A stretch of 31,809 bases of DNA, taken from the IMG/VR virus record IMGVR_UViG_3300045988_016297; one strand, written 5' to 3'. The position numbers and the translations under genes were made by a program. The notes under the pieces are model-generated. The model worked only from the letters and a program-made list of their open reading frames with translations. It was not told the DNA's origin and ran no database searches. This DNA is from a virus. Shown here piece after piece: positions 31,554-31,809 of the stretch (positions within the stretch are counted from its first letter, which is position 1; every line of letters starts with the position of its first letter).

Positions 31554-31809
31554 TTCTTTTTCTCCTTCGTTTTTTTAATTAGCTTGCTAGGTTCTTCTAG
31601 CCCTTCTTTGAGTTGAAATTTTTCATGATCAATATTTTGTTTCACAAGACGATCAAGCCAAGAAATTTCTACTCCCAAAGCTGAGAGACTGGCAAGAATA
31701 CTGGAACCGTATGCTGCCATCATTGCGACAATAAAAGCATCAACTACAGGCCCCAGATTCATGTATAGGGCGAATGGATAGCCAATGGCTGTAATTAAAA
31801 TCATAGCTG
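31550..31809 (-). CDS. Holin (phi-LC3 / holin_4-like), C-terminal part; the N-terminus is at 1..251 via the circular junction
   Basis: It reads in frame from the window end. The last 55 bp duplicate bases 1-55. It ends ...EEPSKLIKKTKEKKK*. Confidence 0.8.
   Translation of the reverse strand, partial: AMILITAIGYPFALYMNLGPVVDAFIVAMMAAYGSSILASLSALGVEISWLDRLVKQNIDHEKFQLKEGLEEPSKLIKKTKEKKK
31755..31809. repeat. Terminal 55-bp direct repeat, copy 2
   Basis: Identical to bases 1-55. Confidence 0.9.

Noticed and set aside
1-31809. Diversity-generating retroelement, retron, CRISPR-Cas, CBASS or other large defence systems
   Set aside because: No reverse transcriptase, Cas, cyclase or nuclease-helicase sized ORFs are present. 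Every ORF over 150 aa is accounted for by standard phage functions.

Overview
The window is a complete, circularly closed genome of a low-GC temperate siphovirus. Bases 1-55 are identical to 31755-31809, so the unique length is about 31,754 bp and a holin gene is split across the window ends. The mosaic resembles Lactococcus/Streptococcus (P335-style) phages.

Almost every gene is on the minus strand. Read in the direction of transcription the order is:
- Switch and early genes: cro-like HTH, antirepressor, Xis-like HTH, small early genes.
- Replication: DUF3310 protein, SSB, and a replisome organizer carrying an internal repeat array (putative ori).
- Accessory genes: HTH protein, MazG-like protein, DUF1642 paralogs, several mini-ORFs.
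- ArpU/RinA-type late regulator.
- A 1.9-kb cassette: tRNA-like element, short tyrosine recombinase, DUF1642 protein, a 64-aa protein and a lipoprotein.
- Packaging: HNH endonuclease, cos region, terS (P27-type), terL.
- Head: portal, prohead protease, HK97-type capsid, connector proteins.
- Tail: major tail protein, G/GT chaperones with a -1 frameshift, tape measure, Dit, and a 1258-aa Tal/receptor-binding fusion.
- Lysis: two holins and a CHAP endolysin.
- A promoter/terminator-bounded small-gene cassette, then attP.

The plus strand carries the lysogeny module (short XRE repressor, ImmA-type metalloprotease, Sie-like membrane protein, tyrosine integrase) and one acidic orphan gene embedded antisense in the early operon. 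There is no rRNA, CRISPR array or reverse transcriptase.

The most unusual structure is the 1.9-kb cassette between the late regulator and HNH. It is bracketed by two direct copies (38/46 identical) of a hairpin-plus-promoter element. It begins with an aberrant tRNA-like element (8-nt anticodon loop) followed by a catalytic-domain-only tyrosine recombinase.

Other leads:
- an intrinsic terminator inside the late-operon leader;
- a strongly promoted trio of small genes (51-aa membrane protein, 22-aa peptide, HTH) next to attP;
- the antisense acidic gene with a convergent overlap;
- a symmetric, doubly paired promoter/operator switch.
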